Notes: generated from the letters alone by a model not told the origin. 32,000 nucleotides of DNA from Bacillus subtilis subsp. subtilis str. 168 (GCF_000009045.1 NC_000964.3:1440001-1472000); one strand, 5' to 3'. Shown: positions 9,250-19,286, counted from the stretch's first letter. Made by a program: numbers and translations.

Positions 9250-10587
9250 ATGAATCGATTTGTGAAAGGGATCATTCTTTTATCCATTGCCGCCTTTTTC
9301 GCTGAATGCCTTGAATTTGTCGTCAATATGATTTTGGCGCGGGAGCTTGGCGAGCATGGGATGGGGCTTTACATGAGTATTTTGCCCACGATCTTTTTAA
9401 TTATTGTCATCGCGAGCCTGGAACTGCCGATATCCATTTCTAAATTCATTGCCGAGTCAAATCCTAAGCTTCATGAAAGCATGCTGAGGCACGCTTTCAG
9501 AATGACAGCCATTTTTACTGCTTTTTCTACTGCCGCCGCTAGTATTGCGCTTCCGTTTATTCCGGTATTTGATACATACCACCCGTTTATTAAAGGGATT
9601 GTCATCGGCTTAATTCCTGTTGTCGCCTTTACTTCAATCGCCAGGGGCTACTTTATGGGTGTGCAGAAAATGGGGAAGATCGCAATTGCCAATGTGCTGA
9701 AAAAAATCATCCAGCTCTTGTGCTTATTCCTCTTTTTTCAATGGTACTCATTTGAATTGGACATGGCTGTGCTGATTTCCTTGTTTGTTCTAGTCGTGAG
9801 TGATGTGGTCGTGCTTGTTTATTTATATTCACAATTTATCATGGCAAGGCGGGCGTTATCCGGCCAGCAGCACATTCATTTGCGCGGAAAGGATGTAAGG
9901 AAAAGACTGCTTGCTGTTTCAATTCCTACAACAGGACTGCGTATTTTTCATGCGGTTGTCAATGCAATTGAACCCTTTTTAGTAAAAGGAGCTCTTTTGG
10001 CTGCGGGCGTTGCCGGGACAGCGGCGATCGATCAATACGGAATGCTGGCAGGAGTGGCTGTGACGATAGGGTCGTTCCCTGCTTTTATTGCCCATTCGTT
10101 AATGGTCGTCATGATACCGAGTATTTCGGAAGCTTATGCACTTTCTCAGTATGACATCGTGTTAAAAAGGCTGAAGCAGTCGATTTTCATTACATTAGGT
10201 TACGGTATACCTGCCGTCTGGGTCATGTTCCAGTTTGCGGGACCTCTCACGCATTTGTTTTTTCACTCTCCTGAAGCGCAGTATTACTTGCAGCTGTTGT
10301 GGCCTTACTTTCTCTTTCATCTGTTTGTCATGCCGCTGCAGGCGTGCTTAATCGGGATGGGTTTTGTGAAAGAGGCTTTTTATCACAATGTATGGAGCCA
10401 TATCGTTGCGCTAAGTATGATGTATGTACTGGGATCAATGGAGAATCTGCAAATGCTCGGGATTATCCTTGGAATGAACACTGGCATGATTCTTTTGACG
10501 AGCCTGCACTATGCCACGATCTGCAAAGCATTGAAGGTATCTGTATTTCTTACGGGAGGGACCAGAACGCCGCGAATTGAAGGATGA
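9250..10587 (+). CDS. ykvU: Polysaccharide/lipid exporter-like (MOP/SpoVB family) membrane protein YkvU
   Basis: 445 aa multi-TM from MNRFVKGIILLS; GGAGAG RBS; spoVB-like pattern; upstream of stoA. Confidence 0.88.
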   Translation: MNRFVKGIILLSIAAFFAECLEFVVNMILARELGEHGMGLYMSILPTIFLIIVIASLELPISISKFIAESNPKLHESMLRHAFRMTAIFTAFSTAAASIALPFIPVFDTYHPFIKGIVIGLIPVVAFTSIARGYFMGVQKMGKIAIANVLKKIIQLLCLFLFFQWYSFELDMAVLISLFVLVVSDVVVLVYLYSQFIMARRALSGQQHIHLRGKDVRKRLLAVSIPTTGLRIFHAVVNAIEPFLVKGALLAAGVAGTAAIDQYGMLAGVAVTIGSFPAFIAHSLMVVMIPSISEAYALSQYDIVLKRLKQSIFITLGYGIPAVWVMFQFAGPLTHLFFHSPEAQYYLQLLWPYFLFHLFVMPLQACLIGMGFVKEAFYHNVWSHIVALSMMYVLGSMENLQMLGIILGMNTGMILLTSLHYATICKALKVSVFLTGGTRTPRIEG

Positions 10588-10637
10588 TAAAGGAACAGCA
10601 GGGGCAAGCTAATTGAAAAGCATGAAAGGAAGATTCC

Positions 10638-11135
10638 ATGTTGACGAAGCGCTTGCTTACTATATACATTATGTTATTAGGGTTGATTGCATGGTTTCCA
10701 GGTGCGGCACAAGCTGAGGAAAAACAGCCTGCTGTTCCCGCTGTTTTTCTTATGAAAACGATAGAAGGGGAGGACATCTCGATTCCGAATAAAGGGCAAA
10801 AAACAATTCTCCATTTTTGGACGTCATGGTGCCCGCCCTGCAAAAAGGAGCTTCCACAGTTTCAATCGTTTTATGATGCCCATCCATCCGACAGTGTAAA
10901 GCTGGTAACGGTGAATTTAGTGAATTCGGAACAAAATCAGCAAGTCGTTGAAGACTTTATTAAAGCAAACAAGCTGACGTTTCCGATTGTCCTTGACTCA
11001 AAAGGGGAATTGATGAAGGAGTATCATATCATCACGATCCCAACATCATTTTTGCTGAATGAAAAGGGAGAAATTGAAAAAACAAAAATTGGCCCGATGA
11101 CAGCGGAACAACTGAAGGAATGGACGGAAGAATAG
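10638..11135 (+). CDS. stoA: Sporulation thiol-disulfide oxidoreductase (StoA, YkvV)
   Basis: 165 aa; signal/anchor plus TSWCPPCKKELP thioredoxin motif. Confidence 0.93.
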   Translation: MLTKRLLTIYIMLLGLIAWFPGAAQAEEKQPAVPAVFLMKTIEGEDISIPNKGQKTILHFWTSWCPPCKKELPQFQSFYDAHPSDSVKLVTVNLVNSEQNQQVVEDFIKANKLTFPIVLDSKGELMKEYHIITIPTSFLLNEKGEIEKTKIGPMTAEQLKEWTEE

Positions 11136-11160
11136 CTGAGAGCATAGACTCTCAGCTTTT
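11131..11160 (+). terminator. Terminator AGCTGAGAG cataga CTCTCAGCTTTTTT
   Basis: Perfect stem plus T-run, overlaps stoA stop. Confidence 0.9.
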
Positions 11161-11191
11161 TTCATATAGAGAAGAAGTGAATAAACATTAA

Positions 11192-11206
11192 TGATAATTA
11201 TTATCA
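11192..11206. promoter_or_regulatory. Fur-type operator match (TGATAATTATTATCA)
   Basis: Exact match to 7-1-7 TGATAATnATTATCA consensus. Confidence 0.6.
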
Positions 11207-11214
11207 AAAAGAAA

Positions 11215-11229
11215 TTAAAATAATTATAA
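11215..11229. promoter_or_regulatory. PerR box (TTAAAATAATTATAA; 1 mismatch to TTATAATnATTATAA)
   Basis: Adjacent to TTGAAA -35; zosA is known from the literature to be PerR-regulated. Confidence 0.75.
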
Positions 11230-11257
11230 TTGAAATTCTCTTCGTGCGTGCTATAAT
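11230..11257 (+). promoter_or_regulatory. Sigma-A promoter for zosA (TTGAAA-N16-TATAAT)
   Basis: ttgaaattctcttcgtgcgtgctataat. Confidence 0.75.
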
Positions 11258-11370
11258 AAAGGAAGACATCAAGAAATAACTGACGATAAAGCTGCCTTTT
11301 GGGCAGCGATTTTGTTTTTATAAGAGAAATGAAGATGATTTACGTTCTCAATTAGAGAGGAGAATTCGAT

Positions 11371-13284
11371 ATGAATGAACAAGTTATCGTTCAACGCGAC
11401 CCGCATGAGCCATTGAAAACAGACAAGAGGGAAAAAAACTGGGCACAGCACGCGGAGCTTATTGCAGCACTTGTATCAGGCGCTCTTATTTTGGCAGGCT
11501 GGCTCTTATCCGGATATCAGGTATTATCCATAATACTTTTCTTGCTGGCTTTTGTGATCGGCGGATTTGCTAAAGCGAAGGAAGGAATCGAAGAAACACT
11601 CGAATCCAAAACGCTGAATGTAGAACTTTTAATGATTTTCGCTGCCATTGGTTCCGCCTTGATCGGATACTGGGCAGAGGGTGCTATTTTAATATTTATT
11701 TTTTCCTTAAGCGGAGCTTTAGAAACATACACGATGAATAAAAGCAGCAGAGATTTAACGTCTTTAATGCAGCTTGAGCCTGAAGAAGCGACATTGATGG
11801 TCAATGGTGAAACCAAAAGAGTTCCGGTTTCAGACTTGCAGGCCGGTGATATGATTGTGATCAAACCTGGAGAACGCGTAGCGGCAGACGGTATCATTGA
11901 ATCGGGCTCGACAAGTCTTGACGAGTCGGCTTTAACAGGTGAATCAATGCCTGTAGAAAAAAACACAGGCGACACTGTATTCACAGGAACGGTGAATCGC
12001 AATGGCTCCTTGACAGTCCGTGTCACGAAAGCAAATGAAGATTCGTTATTCAGAAAAATTATCAAACTGGTTGAATCAGCGCAAAATAGTGTTTCACCCG
12101 CGCAGGCTTTCATCGAACGATTTGAAAATGCTTATGTGAAAGGTGTGCTAATTGCGGTGGCGCTCCTTTTATTCGTCCCGCACTTTGCGCTGGGCTGGAG
12201 CTGGAGTGAAACCTTCTACCGCGCAATGGTGTTTATGGTTGTCGCGTCACCTTGTGCGCTTGTCGCCTCTATTATGCCGGCGGCGCTGTCCCTGATTTCA
12301 AATGGCGCCCGCAACGGTATGCTTGTGAAAGGAAGCGTCTTTCTTGAACAGCTGGGCTCAGTGCAAATGATCGCCTTTGATAAAACCGGAACTGTAACAA
12401 AAGGCCAGCCTGCCGTAGAGACGATCAGAATAGCAGAAGGATTCAGTGAAGCGGAAGTTCTTGAGGCTGTCTATGCCATCGAAACGCAATCAAGCCATCC
12501 GCTCGCCCAAGCCATAACGGCGTACGCTGAAAGCCGCGGCGTGAATCAGTCCGGCTACATATCTATAGAAGAAACCTCAGGGTTTGGCGTTATGGCAGAA
12601 GTGTCGGGTGCGAAATGGAAGGTCGGTAAAGCAGGTTTTATCGGCGAGGAAATGGCAGCACAATTTATGAAACAAACAGCATCAGATGTCATTCAAAGCG
12701 GTCATACAATTGTATTTGTGAAAAAGGATGATCAAATAGCAGGCTGTATCGCACTGAAGGACCAAATCAGGCCTGAAGCAAAAGAGGTCATGGAAGAACT
12801 GAACCGACTTGGGATTAAAACGGCCATGCTGACAGGAGATCACGAAGACACGGCTCAAGCGATTGCCAAGGAAGCCGGCATGACAACTGTCGTGGCAGAA
12901 TGCCTGCCTGACCAAAAAGTGAATGAAATCAAACGGTTAAAAGAAGAATTCGGAACGATTGCAATGGTGGGTGACGGAATCAATGATGCGCCGGCACTCA
13001 AAGCAGCGGATGTCGGCATTGCGATGGGCGGCGGAACAGATGTAGCACTTGAGACCGCTGATATGGTCCTCATGAAAAACGATTTGAAAAAGCTCGTAAA
13101 CATGTGCCGCTTGTCTCGGAAAATGAACAGGATCATCAAACAAAATATCGTGTTTTCTCTAGCTGTAATCTGCCTGCTGATTTGTGCAAACTTTTTGCAG
13201 GCGATGGAATTGCCATTTGGCGTGATTGGTCATGAGGGCAGCACGATTTTAGTCATACTAAACGGTTTAAGACTCCTAAAATAA
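11371..13284 (+). CDS. zosA: Zinc-transporting P1-type ATPase (ZosA, YkvW)
   Basis: 637 aa; DKTGTVTKG phosphorylation motif, SPCALV, MVGDGINDAPALKAADVGIAMGGGTDVA. Confidence 0.95.
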   Translation: MNEQVIVQRDPHEPLKTDKREKNWAQHAELIAALVSGALILAGWLLSGYQVLSIILFLLAFVIGGFAKAKEGIEETLESKTLNVELLMIFAAIGSALIGYWAEGAILIFIFSLSGALETYTMNKSSRDLTSLMQLEPEEATLMVNGETKRVPVSDLQAGDMIVIKPGERVAADGIIESGSTSLDESALTGESMPVEKNTGDTVFTGTVNRNGSLTVRVTKANEDSLFRKIIKLVESAQNSVSPAQAFIERFENAYVKGVLIAVALLLFVPHFALGWSWSETFYRAMVFMVVASPCALVASIMPAALSLISNGARNGMLVKGSVFLEQLGSVQMIAFDKTGTVTKGQPAVETIRIAEGFSEAEVLEAVYAIETQSSHPLAQAITAYAESRGVNQSGYISIEETSGFGVMAEVSGAKWKVGKAGFIGEEMAAQFMKQTASDVIQSGHTIVFVKKDDQIAGCIALKDQIRPEAKEVMEELNRLGIKTAMLTGDHEDTAQAIAKEAGMTTVVAECLPDQKVNEIKRLKEEFGTIAMVGDGINDAPALKAADVGIAMGGGTDVALETADMVLMKNDLKKLVNMCRLSRKMNRIIKQNIVFSLAVICLLICANFLQAMELPFGVIGHEGSTILVILNGLRLLK

Positions 13285-13286
13285 AA

Positions 13287-13317
13287 CCAGCAGCCTAATC
13301 AGGCTGCTGGCTTTTTA
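13287..13317 (+). terminator. Strong terminator CCAGCAGCCT aatc AGGCTGCTGG CTTTTT
   Basis: 10-bp perfect stem plus T-run. Confidence 0.93.
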
Positions 13318-13321
13318 TGTA

Positions 13322-13534
13322 TCAAGCTTTCCCTTCATTTTTGTCTTTATCAGATCTTTTCATAACTAGGATGAGAGCGAGGGTGCAGCAAAGGAAACCC
13401 GCTGCACAGCCTATGATAGAGCTGTAATAATAAAAGCCCACCATCTTCATCCCGATAAAAGGAGCGGAAATTCCCAAAACCGTTAAGAGCATAACTGCTT
13501 TTCGTCTGAAAAAATTCATCAGCAAACGGAACAA
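13322..13534 (-). CDS. Small membrane protein (about 64-70 aa, two predicted hydrophobic segments)
   Basis: MNFFRRKAVMLLTVLGISAPFIGMKMVGFYYYSSIIGCAAGFLCCTLALILVMKRSDKDKNEGKA; purine-rich GGGGGG upstream; convergent with zosA. Confidence 0.6.
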   Translation of the reverse strand: MFRLLMNFFRRKAVMLLTVLGISAPFIGMKMVGFYYYSSIIGCAAGFLCCTLALILVMKRSDKDKNEGKA

Positions 13535-13690
13535 CCCCCCTGCGATTGAACGTTACTGTCAGTATACAGGAAGAGGAGCAGGAAATAAAATGCATTAGAA
13601 AATGAAGGCGTCGTGAAAGGCAAACACCGGTAAAACCTGTTACAATGGAAGACAGAACAATGCATTGCAAATGGCAGGGAGGAACAAGAA

Positions 13691-14782
13691 GTGAATAGAA
13701 TACAACGCGTCTCTTCATGGCTGAAGGAAGCGGGGCATACTGCCGCATTTATTCATACGAAAGAAAATGTTTTTTACTTAACCGGTTTTTACACAGAGCC
13801 GCATGAAAGATTAATGGGGTTATTTATTTTTCAAGAAGAGGAGCCTTTCTTTGTTTGTCCAGGAATGGAAGCAGGACAGGCCCGCAACGCAGGCTGGAAT
13901 CATGAAATCATTGGCTATGCGGATCACGAAAATCCGTGGGAGCTGATAGAGAAGGCTTTGAAAAAGCGAAATATCAGCATACATATGCTTGCGGTAGAAA
14001 AGGATTCAATCTCGCTGTCACGTGCAGAACAGCTGAAGCATGCGACGGGCGGGGCTCAATTTGTTTCAGCAGAAGAAACACTCAATCAATTTCGCCTGAT
14101 TAAAGATGACAATGAGATTCGTTTGCTGAAAGAGGCGGCAAAGCTTGCAGATTACGGTGTTGAAGTCGGCACAGCCGCTTTGCGTGAAGGCATCAGTGAA
14201 GTGGAAGTGCTCGCTCAAATTGAGTATGAGCTGAAGAAAAAAGGAATTCAGGGCATGTCTTTCTCTACAATGGTTTTATTCGGAGAAAAATCTGGCCAGC
14301 CTCATGGAAATCCTGGTACAGCCACGTTGAAGAAAGGTGATTTTGTTTTATTTGATCTCGGTGTTATTCTTGATGGCTATTGCTCTGATATTACAAGAAC
14401 GTTTGCATACAAAACCATCAATCCGAAGCAGGAGGCCATTTACGAGACTGTGCTTCAAGCGGAAAAAGCCGCGATTGAGGCAAGCAAACCCGGTGTGAGA
14501 ATCGGAGATCTGGATTTAACTGCCCGCGGAATCATTGAAAAAGCGGGATATGGTGATTATTTTCCTCACCGGCTTGGGCATGGACTCGGAATTTCAGTCC
14601 ATGAGTATCCATCAATGAGCCAGGCCAACGATACACTGCTGCAGGAAGGCATGGTCTACACGATCGAACCGGGGATTTATGTGCCAGAGATCGGCGGCGT
14701 ACGCATTGAGGATGACGTTCACGTAACAAAGGACGGAGCAGTTGCTCTGACCCAATATCCAAAGGATTTGATCATACTGTAA
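13691..14782 (+). CDS. papQ: Xaa-Pro dipeptidase (PapQ, YkvY)
   Basis: 363 aa creatinase N-domain plus M24 peptidase motifs (HRLGHGLGISVHEYP, EPGIYVPEIGGVRIEDD). Confidence 0.9.
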   Translation: MNRIQRVSSWLKEAGHTAAFIHTKENVFYLTGFYTEPHERLMGLFIFQEEEPFFVCPGMEAGQARNAGWNHEIIGYADHENPWELIEKALKKRNISIHMLAVEKDSISLSRAEQLKHATGGAQFVSAEETLNQFRLIKDDNEIRLLKEAAKLADYGVEVGTAALREGISEVEVLAQIEYELKKKGIQGMSFSTMVLFGEKSGQPHGNPGTATLKKGDFVLFDLGVILDGYCSDITRTFAYKTINPKQEAIYETVLQAEKAAIEASKPGVRIGDLDLTARGIIEKAGYGDYFPHRLGHGLGISVHEYPSMSQANDTLLQEGMVYTIEPGIYVPEIGGVRIEDDVHVTKDGAVALTQYPKDLIIL

Positions 14783-14788
14783 TAGAAA

Positions 14789-14824
14789 TAAAAAAGGACT
14801 TTGTTCTCGACATCGTCCTTTTTT
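14789..14824 (+). terminator. Terminator AAAAAGGAC..GTCCTTTTT
   Basis: Stem-loop downstream of papQ. Confidence 0.75.
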
Positions 14825-14831
14825 ATCTGCA

Positions 14832-14957
14832 TTAAATAAAAAAATCATCAAATGTTCGAAAGGGTTTAATTTCATGTTTTTGGTTGAGAGGTTTTACAGC
14901 AAGACAGCTGCCACCGAGAACAGTGAGACATAACCCAATTAAAATGAAGAAACCCAT
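14832..14957 (-). CDS. 41-aa hydrophobic peptide MGFFILIGLCLTVLGGSCLAVKPLNQKHEIKPFRTFDDFFI (not in supplied track)
   Basis: ATG preceded by GAAAGGAGAAGATCAC; one TM-like segment; stop TAA at 14832-14834. Confidence 0.55.
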   Translation of the reverse strand: MGFFILIGLCLTVLGGSCLAVKPLNQKHEIKPFRTFDDFFI

Positions 14958-15063
14958 GTGATCTTCTCCTTTCAGCTAAAAACACAAAAAGATATCTGGT
15001 ACGTCCATATCATATTGTATGAAACGCATTCCAGATCAAGGGGATTTAGAAAGAAGGGAATCT

Positions 15064-16029
15064 ATGGCTAATATTAAAGACATTGCAGAGAAAGCCGGTG
15101 TCTCTGTTACAACGGTTTCCCGAGTCATAAACAATCATCCATACGTCAGTGAAGACAAACGAAAAAGAGTGTTTGAGGCAATGGAATCATTGGAGTACAC
15201 GAGAAATATTCACGCTGTACATTTGTCGAAAGGATTTTCAAACATGATTGGTGTTGTCTTGCCGACGGTTAATCTGCCATATTTTGCAGAGCTGATTGCA
15301 GGAATAGCCGACGCAGCCGCGGAATCCGGGGTTCACCTCTCTTTATTCCAAACAAACTATGAAGTACAAAAAGAAATCTTTGCGCTGTCCCAATTAAAGC
15401 AGCGCCAGGTTGACGGCCTGATTTTTTGCTCAAAGGCGCTTGCTGATGAGAAACTCATGGAATGGGAGGGCCCGATTTTGCTTTGCCAGAATTCAGATAA
15501 TGCCCGCTTCCCAACCATCAGCATTCCTCACCAAGAAGCATTTCGGAACGGCTTGGACTATTTAATTGCCAAAGGGCACAAAAAAATAGCCATCTGTTTG
15601 GCAAGAAAAAAAGGCATGAACAGCCATTTTCGAATCAAAGCCTACAAAGAGGCATTGGAAGAGATCGGCGAGGCATTTCGTGAAGACTGGGTAATTGAGA
15701 AAGCGATTACAATCAATGATGGGAAGGCGCTTTTTCATAAATGGAATACGTGGAAGGAAAAGCCGACGGCTATTTTTGTTGCCAATGACCAAGTCTCAGC
15801 AGGGCTTTTTCTTGAAGCAAAGAACCAGCGGGTGTCAGTACCGGATGAGCTTGCAATCTTAAGCGTTGATAACCACGAAATCAGCCAAGCGCTTGGAATC
15901 ACAACGATCGATATTCAGACAAGGGAAATGGGAAAGCAGGCATTTGCCATATTGGAAAAAAGAATTCAAGGACAGCCGATTGAAAGGAAAGTTCTGGATT
16001 ACCGTCTCATCGAAAGATCGACTGTTTAG
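15064..16029 (+). CDS. ykvZ: LacI/GalR-family transcriptional regulator (YkvZ)
   Basis: 321 aa from MANIKDIAEKAGVSVTTVSRVINNHPYVSEDKR; LacI HTH plus periplasmic-binding-like domain. Confidence 0.92.
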   Translation: MANIKDIAEKAGVSVTTVSRVINNHPYVSEDKRKRVFEAMESLEYTRNIHAVHLSKGFSNMIGVVLPTVNLPYFAELIAGIADAAAESGVHLSLFQTNYEVQKEIFALSQLKQRQVDGLIFCSKALADEKLMEWEGPILLCQNSDNARFPTISIPHQEAFRNGLDYLIAKGHKKIAICLARKKGMNSHFRIKAYKEALEEIGEAFREDWVIEKAITINDGKALFHKWNTWKEKPTAIFVANDQVSAGLFLEAKNQRVSVPDELAILSVDNHEISQALGITTIDIQTREMGKQAFAILEKRIQGQPIERKVLDYRLIERSTV

Positions 16030-16112
16030 TGAATGCATTGAAAAAAGGTTTGACGTGCATTCTGTTCGTTATGTACGATATGAGGTATTGAATGACAAAG
16101 GAGCTGAGGATC

Positions 16113-16958
16113 GTGAATGGGTCCTTCACAGTGAAAAAGGTACTGAATAATAACGTATTAATTGCTTCTCATCATAAATACAGCGAAGTCGTTTTAATCG
16201 GAAAAGGTATTGGTTTCGGAAAAAAACAAGATGATGTCATTGAAGATAAAGGCTACGATAAAATGTTCATTTTAAAAGACGAGAAGGAACAAAAGCAGTT
16301 TAAAAAGCTCCTTGACTATGTTGATGAAAAGCTCGTTGATATTTCAAACGATGTCATCTATCACATAAGCAATAGGACGAATCACTCATTAAATGAACAT
16401 ATTCACATTGCGTTGACAGACCATATCGCATTTGCGATCAAAAGGCAGCAGCAGGGATTTGATATGAAAAATCCATTTCTAATGGAGACTCAGTCACTAT
16501 ATCCTGAGGAGTACCAAATTGCCAAAGAAGTCATAGATATGATCAATGAAAAAGCGGGACTCTGCCTTCCGGAAGGGGAGATTGGTTTTATCGCTCTGCA
16601 TATCCATTCAGCGTTGACAAACCGTCCGCTGTCCGAGGTCAATCAGCACTCTCAGCTCATGGCGCAGCTTGTCGAGGTGATTGAAGACTCATTTCAAATG
16701 AAAGTAAATAAGGAAAGTGTCAACTATTTGCGGCTGATCAGGCATATCAGATTTACAATAGAAAGAATTAAAAAAGAAGAACCGACTAAAGAACCAGAAA
16801 AATTAATGTTGTTATTGAAAAATGAATATCCGCTATGCTACAATACAGCTTGGAAATTGATTAAAATCTTGCAGCAAACATTGAAGAAACCAGTTCATGA
16901 GGCGGAAGCGGTTTATCTGACGCTTCATCTGTACCGATTAACCAATAAAATTTCATAA
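16113..16958 (+). CDS. glcT: Transcription antiterminator of the ptsGHI operon (GlcT)
   Basis: 281 aa from GTG (MNGSFTVKKVLNNNVLIA..), RNA-binding CAT domain plus PRD domains; RBS AAAGGAG. Confidence 0.93.
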   Translation: MNGSFTVKKVLNNNVLIASHHKYSEVVLIGKGIGFGKKQDDVIEDKGYDKMFILKDEKEQKQFKKLLDYVDEKLVDISNDVIYHISNRTNHSLNEHIHIALTDHIAFAIKRQQQGFDMKNPFLMETQSLYPEEYQIAKEVIDMINEKAGLCLPEGEIGFIALHIHSALTNRPLSEVNQHSQLMAQLVEVIEDSFQMKVNKESVNYLRLIRHIRFTIERIKKEEPTKEPEKLMLLLKNEYPLCYNTAWKLIKILQQTLKKPVHEAEAVYLTLHLYRLTNKIS

Positions 16959-16984
16959 ATTCAGTTTATCCTTATAACGTGTTA

Positions 16985-17076
16985 CTGATTCGATCAGGCA
17001 TGAGTGATTGAGGGAAAAAAACGGGAAGTTCATTCTCGTTCTTTTGCGCACCCAATTTTGCTCATGCCTTTTTGTT
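16985..17076 (+). promoter_or_regulatory. GlcT ribonucleic antiterminator (RAT) / terminator leader of ptsG
   Basis: Terminator stem GGCATGAG (16999-17006) / CTCATGCC (17063-17070) followed by TTTTT, with competing upstream sequence containing ACGGGAAGTTCATTCTCGT; lies between glcT and ptsG. Confidence 0.85.
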
Positions 17077-17186
17077 GTGTAAAAGGGCAAATGTAAACGG
17101 TTAAACTGGAAGACTTACGCCTGTGAATTCGTTGTCATGATTTTTAGCTGTAAGGTCAGACTAGTAAAAAGAGGAGGTCAATTCTT

Positions 17187-19286
17187 ATGTTTAAAGCATT
17201 ATTCGGCGTTCTTCAAAAAATTGGGCGTGCGCTTATGCTTCCAGTTGCGATCCTTCCGGCTGCGGGTATTTTGCTTGCGATCGGGAATGCGATGCAAAAT
17301 AAGGACATGATTCAGGTCCTGCATTTCTTGAGCAATGACAATGTTCAGCTTGTAGCAGGTGTGATGGAAAGTGCTGGGCAGATTGTTTTCGATAACCTTC
17401 CGCTTCTTTTCGCAGTAGGTGTAGCCATCGGGCTTGCCAATGGTGATGGAGTTGCAGGGATTGCAGCAATTATCGGTTATCTTGTAATGAATGTATCCAT
17501 GAGTGCGGTTCTTCTTGCAAACGGAACCATTCCTTCGGATTCAGTTGAAAGAGCCAAGTTCTTTACGGAAAACCATCCTGCATATGTAAACATGCTTGGT
17601 ATACCTACCTTGGCGACAGGGGTGTTCGGCGGTATTATCGTCGGTGTGTTAGCTGCATTATTGTTTAACAGATTTTACACAATTGAACTGCCGCAATACC
17701 TTGGTTTCTTTGCGGGTAAACGTTTCGTTCCAATTGTTACGTCAATTTCTGCACTGATTCTGGGTCTTATTATGTTAGTGATCTGGCCTCCAATCCAGCA
17801 TGGATTGAATGCCTTTTCAACAGGATTAGTGGAAGCGAATCCAACCCTTGCTGCATTTATCTTCGGGGTGATTGAACGTTCGCTTATCCCATTCGGATTG
17901 CACCATATTTTCTATTCACCGTTCTGGTATGAATTCTTCAGCTATAAGAGTGCAGCAGGAGAAATCATCCGCGGGGATCAGCGTATCTTTATGGCGCAGA
18001 TTAAAGACGGCGTACAGTTAACGGCAGGTACGTTCATGACAGGTAAATATCCATTTATGATGTTCGGTCTGCCTGCTGCGGCGCTTGCCATTTATCATGA
18101 AGCAAAACCGCAAAACAAAAAACTCGTTGCAGGTATTATGGGTTCAGCGGCCTTGACATCTTTCTTAACGGGGATCACAGAGCCATTGGAATTTTCTTTC
18201 TTATTCGTTGCTCCAGTCCTGTTTGCGATTCACTGTTTGTTTGCGGGACTTTCATTCATGGTCATGCAGCTGTTGAATGTTAAGATTGGTATGACATTCT
18301 CCGGCGGTTTAATTGACTACTTCCTATTCGGTATTTTACCAAACCGGACGGCATGGTGGCTTGTCATCCCTGTCGGCTTAGGGTTAGCGGTCATTTACTA
18401 CTTTGGATTCCGATTTGCCATCCGCAAATTTAATCTGAAAACACCTGGACGCGAGGATGCTGCGGAAGAAACAGCAGCACCTGGGAAAACAGGTGAAGCA
18501 GGAGATCTTCCTTATGAGATTCTGCAGGCAATGGGTGACCAGGAAAACATCAAACACCTTGATGCTTGTATCACTCGTCTGCGTGTGACTGTAAACGATC
18601 AGAAAAAGGTTGATAAAGACCGTCTGAAACAGCTTGGCGCTTCCGGAGTGCTGGAAGTCGGCAACAACATTCAGGCTATTTTCGGACCGCGTTCTGACGG
18701 GTTAAAAACACAAATGCAAGACATTATTGCGGGACGCAAGCCTAGACCTGAGCCGAAAACATCTGCTCAAGAGGAAGTAGGCCAGCAGGTTGAGGAAGTG
18801 ATTGCAGAACCGCTGCAAAATGAAATCGGCGAGGAAGTTTTCGTTTCTCCGATTACCGGGGAAATTCACCCAATTACGGATGTTCCTGACCAAGTCTTCT
18901 CAGGGAAAATGATGGGTGACGGTTTTGCGATTCTCCCTTCTGAAGGAATTGTCGTATCACCGGTTCGCGGAAAAATTCTCAATGTGTTCCCGACAAAACA
19001 TGCGATCGGCCTGCAATCCGACGGCGGAAGAGAAATTTTAATCCACTTTGGTATTGATACCGTCAGCCTGAAGGGCGAAGGATTTACGTCTTTCGTATCA
19101 GAAGGAGACCGCGTTGAGCCTGGACAAAAACTTCTTGAAGTTGATCTGGATGCAGTCAAACCGAATGTACCATCTCTCATGACACCGATTGTATTTACAA
19201 ACCTTGCTGAAGGAGAAACAGTCAGCATTAAAGCAAGCGGTTCAGTCAACAGAGAACAAGAAGATATTGTGAAGATTGAAAAATAA
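17187..19286 (+). CDS. ptsG: Glucose-specific PTS enzyme IICBA
   Basis: 699 aa; EIIC membrane domain, [17 protein letters not shown] domain [14 protein letters not shown]. Confidence 0.97.

Noticed and set aside
12855-13143. Two minus-strand ORFs antisense to the zosA P-type ATPase domain
   Set aside because: Entirely within the conserved zosA coding region, no independent translation signals apparent.
13350-13748. 132-aa minus ORF overlapping 13322..13534 in another frame
   Set aside because: Low-complexity Cys/Ser-rich translation without recognizable domain; overlaps the papQ start and the better-supported small membrane ORF.
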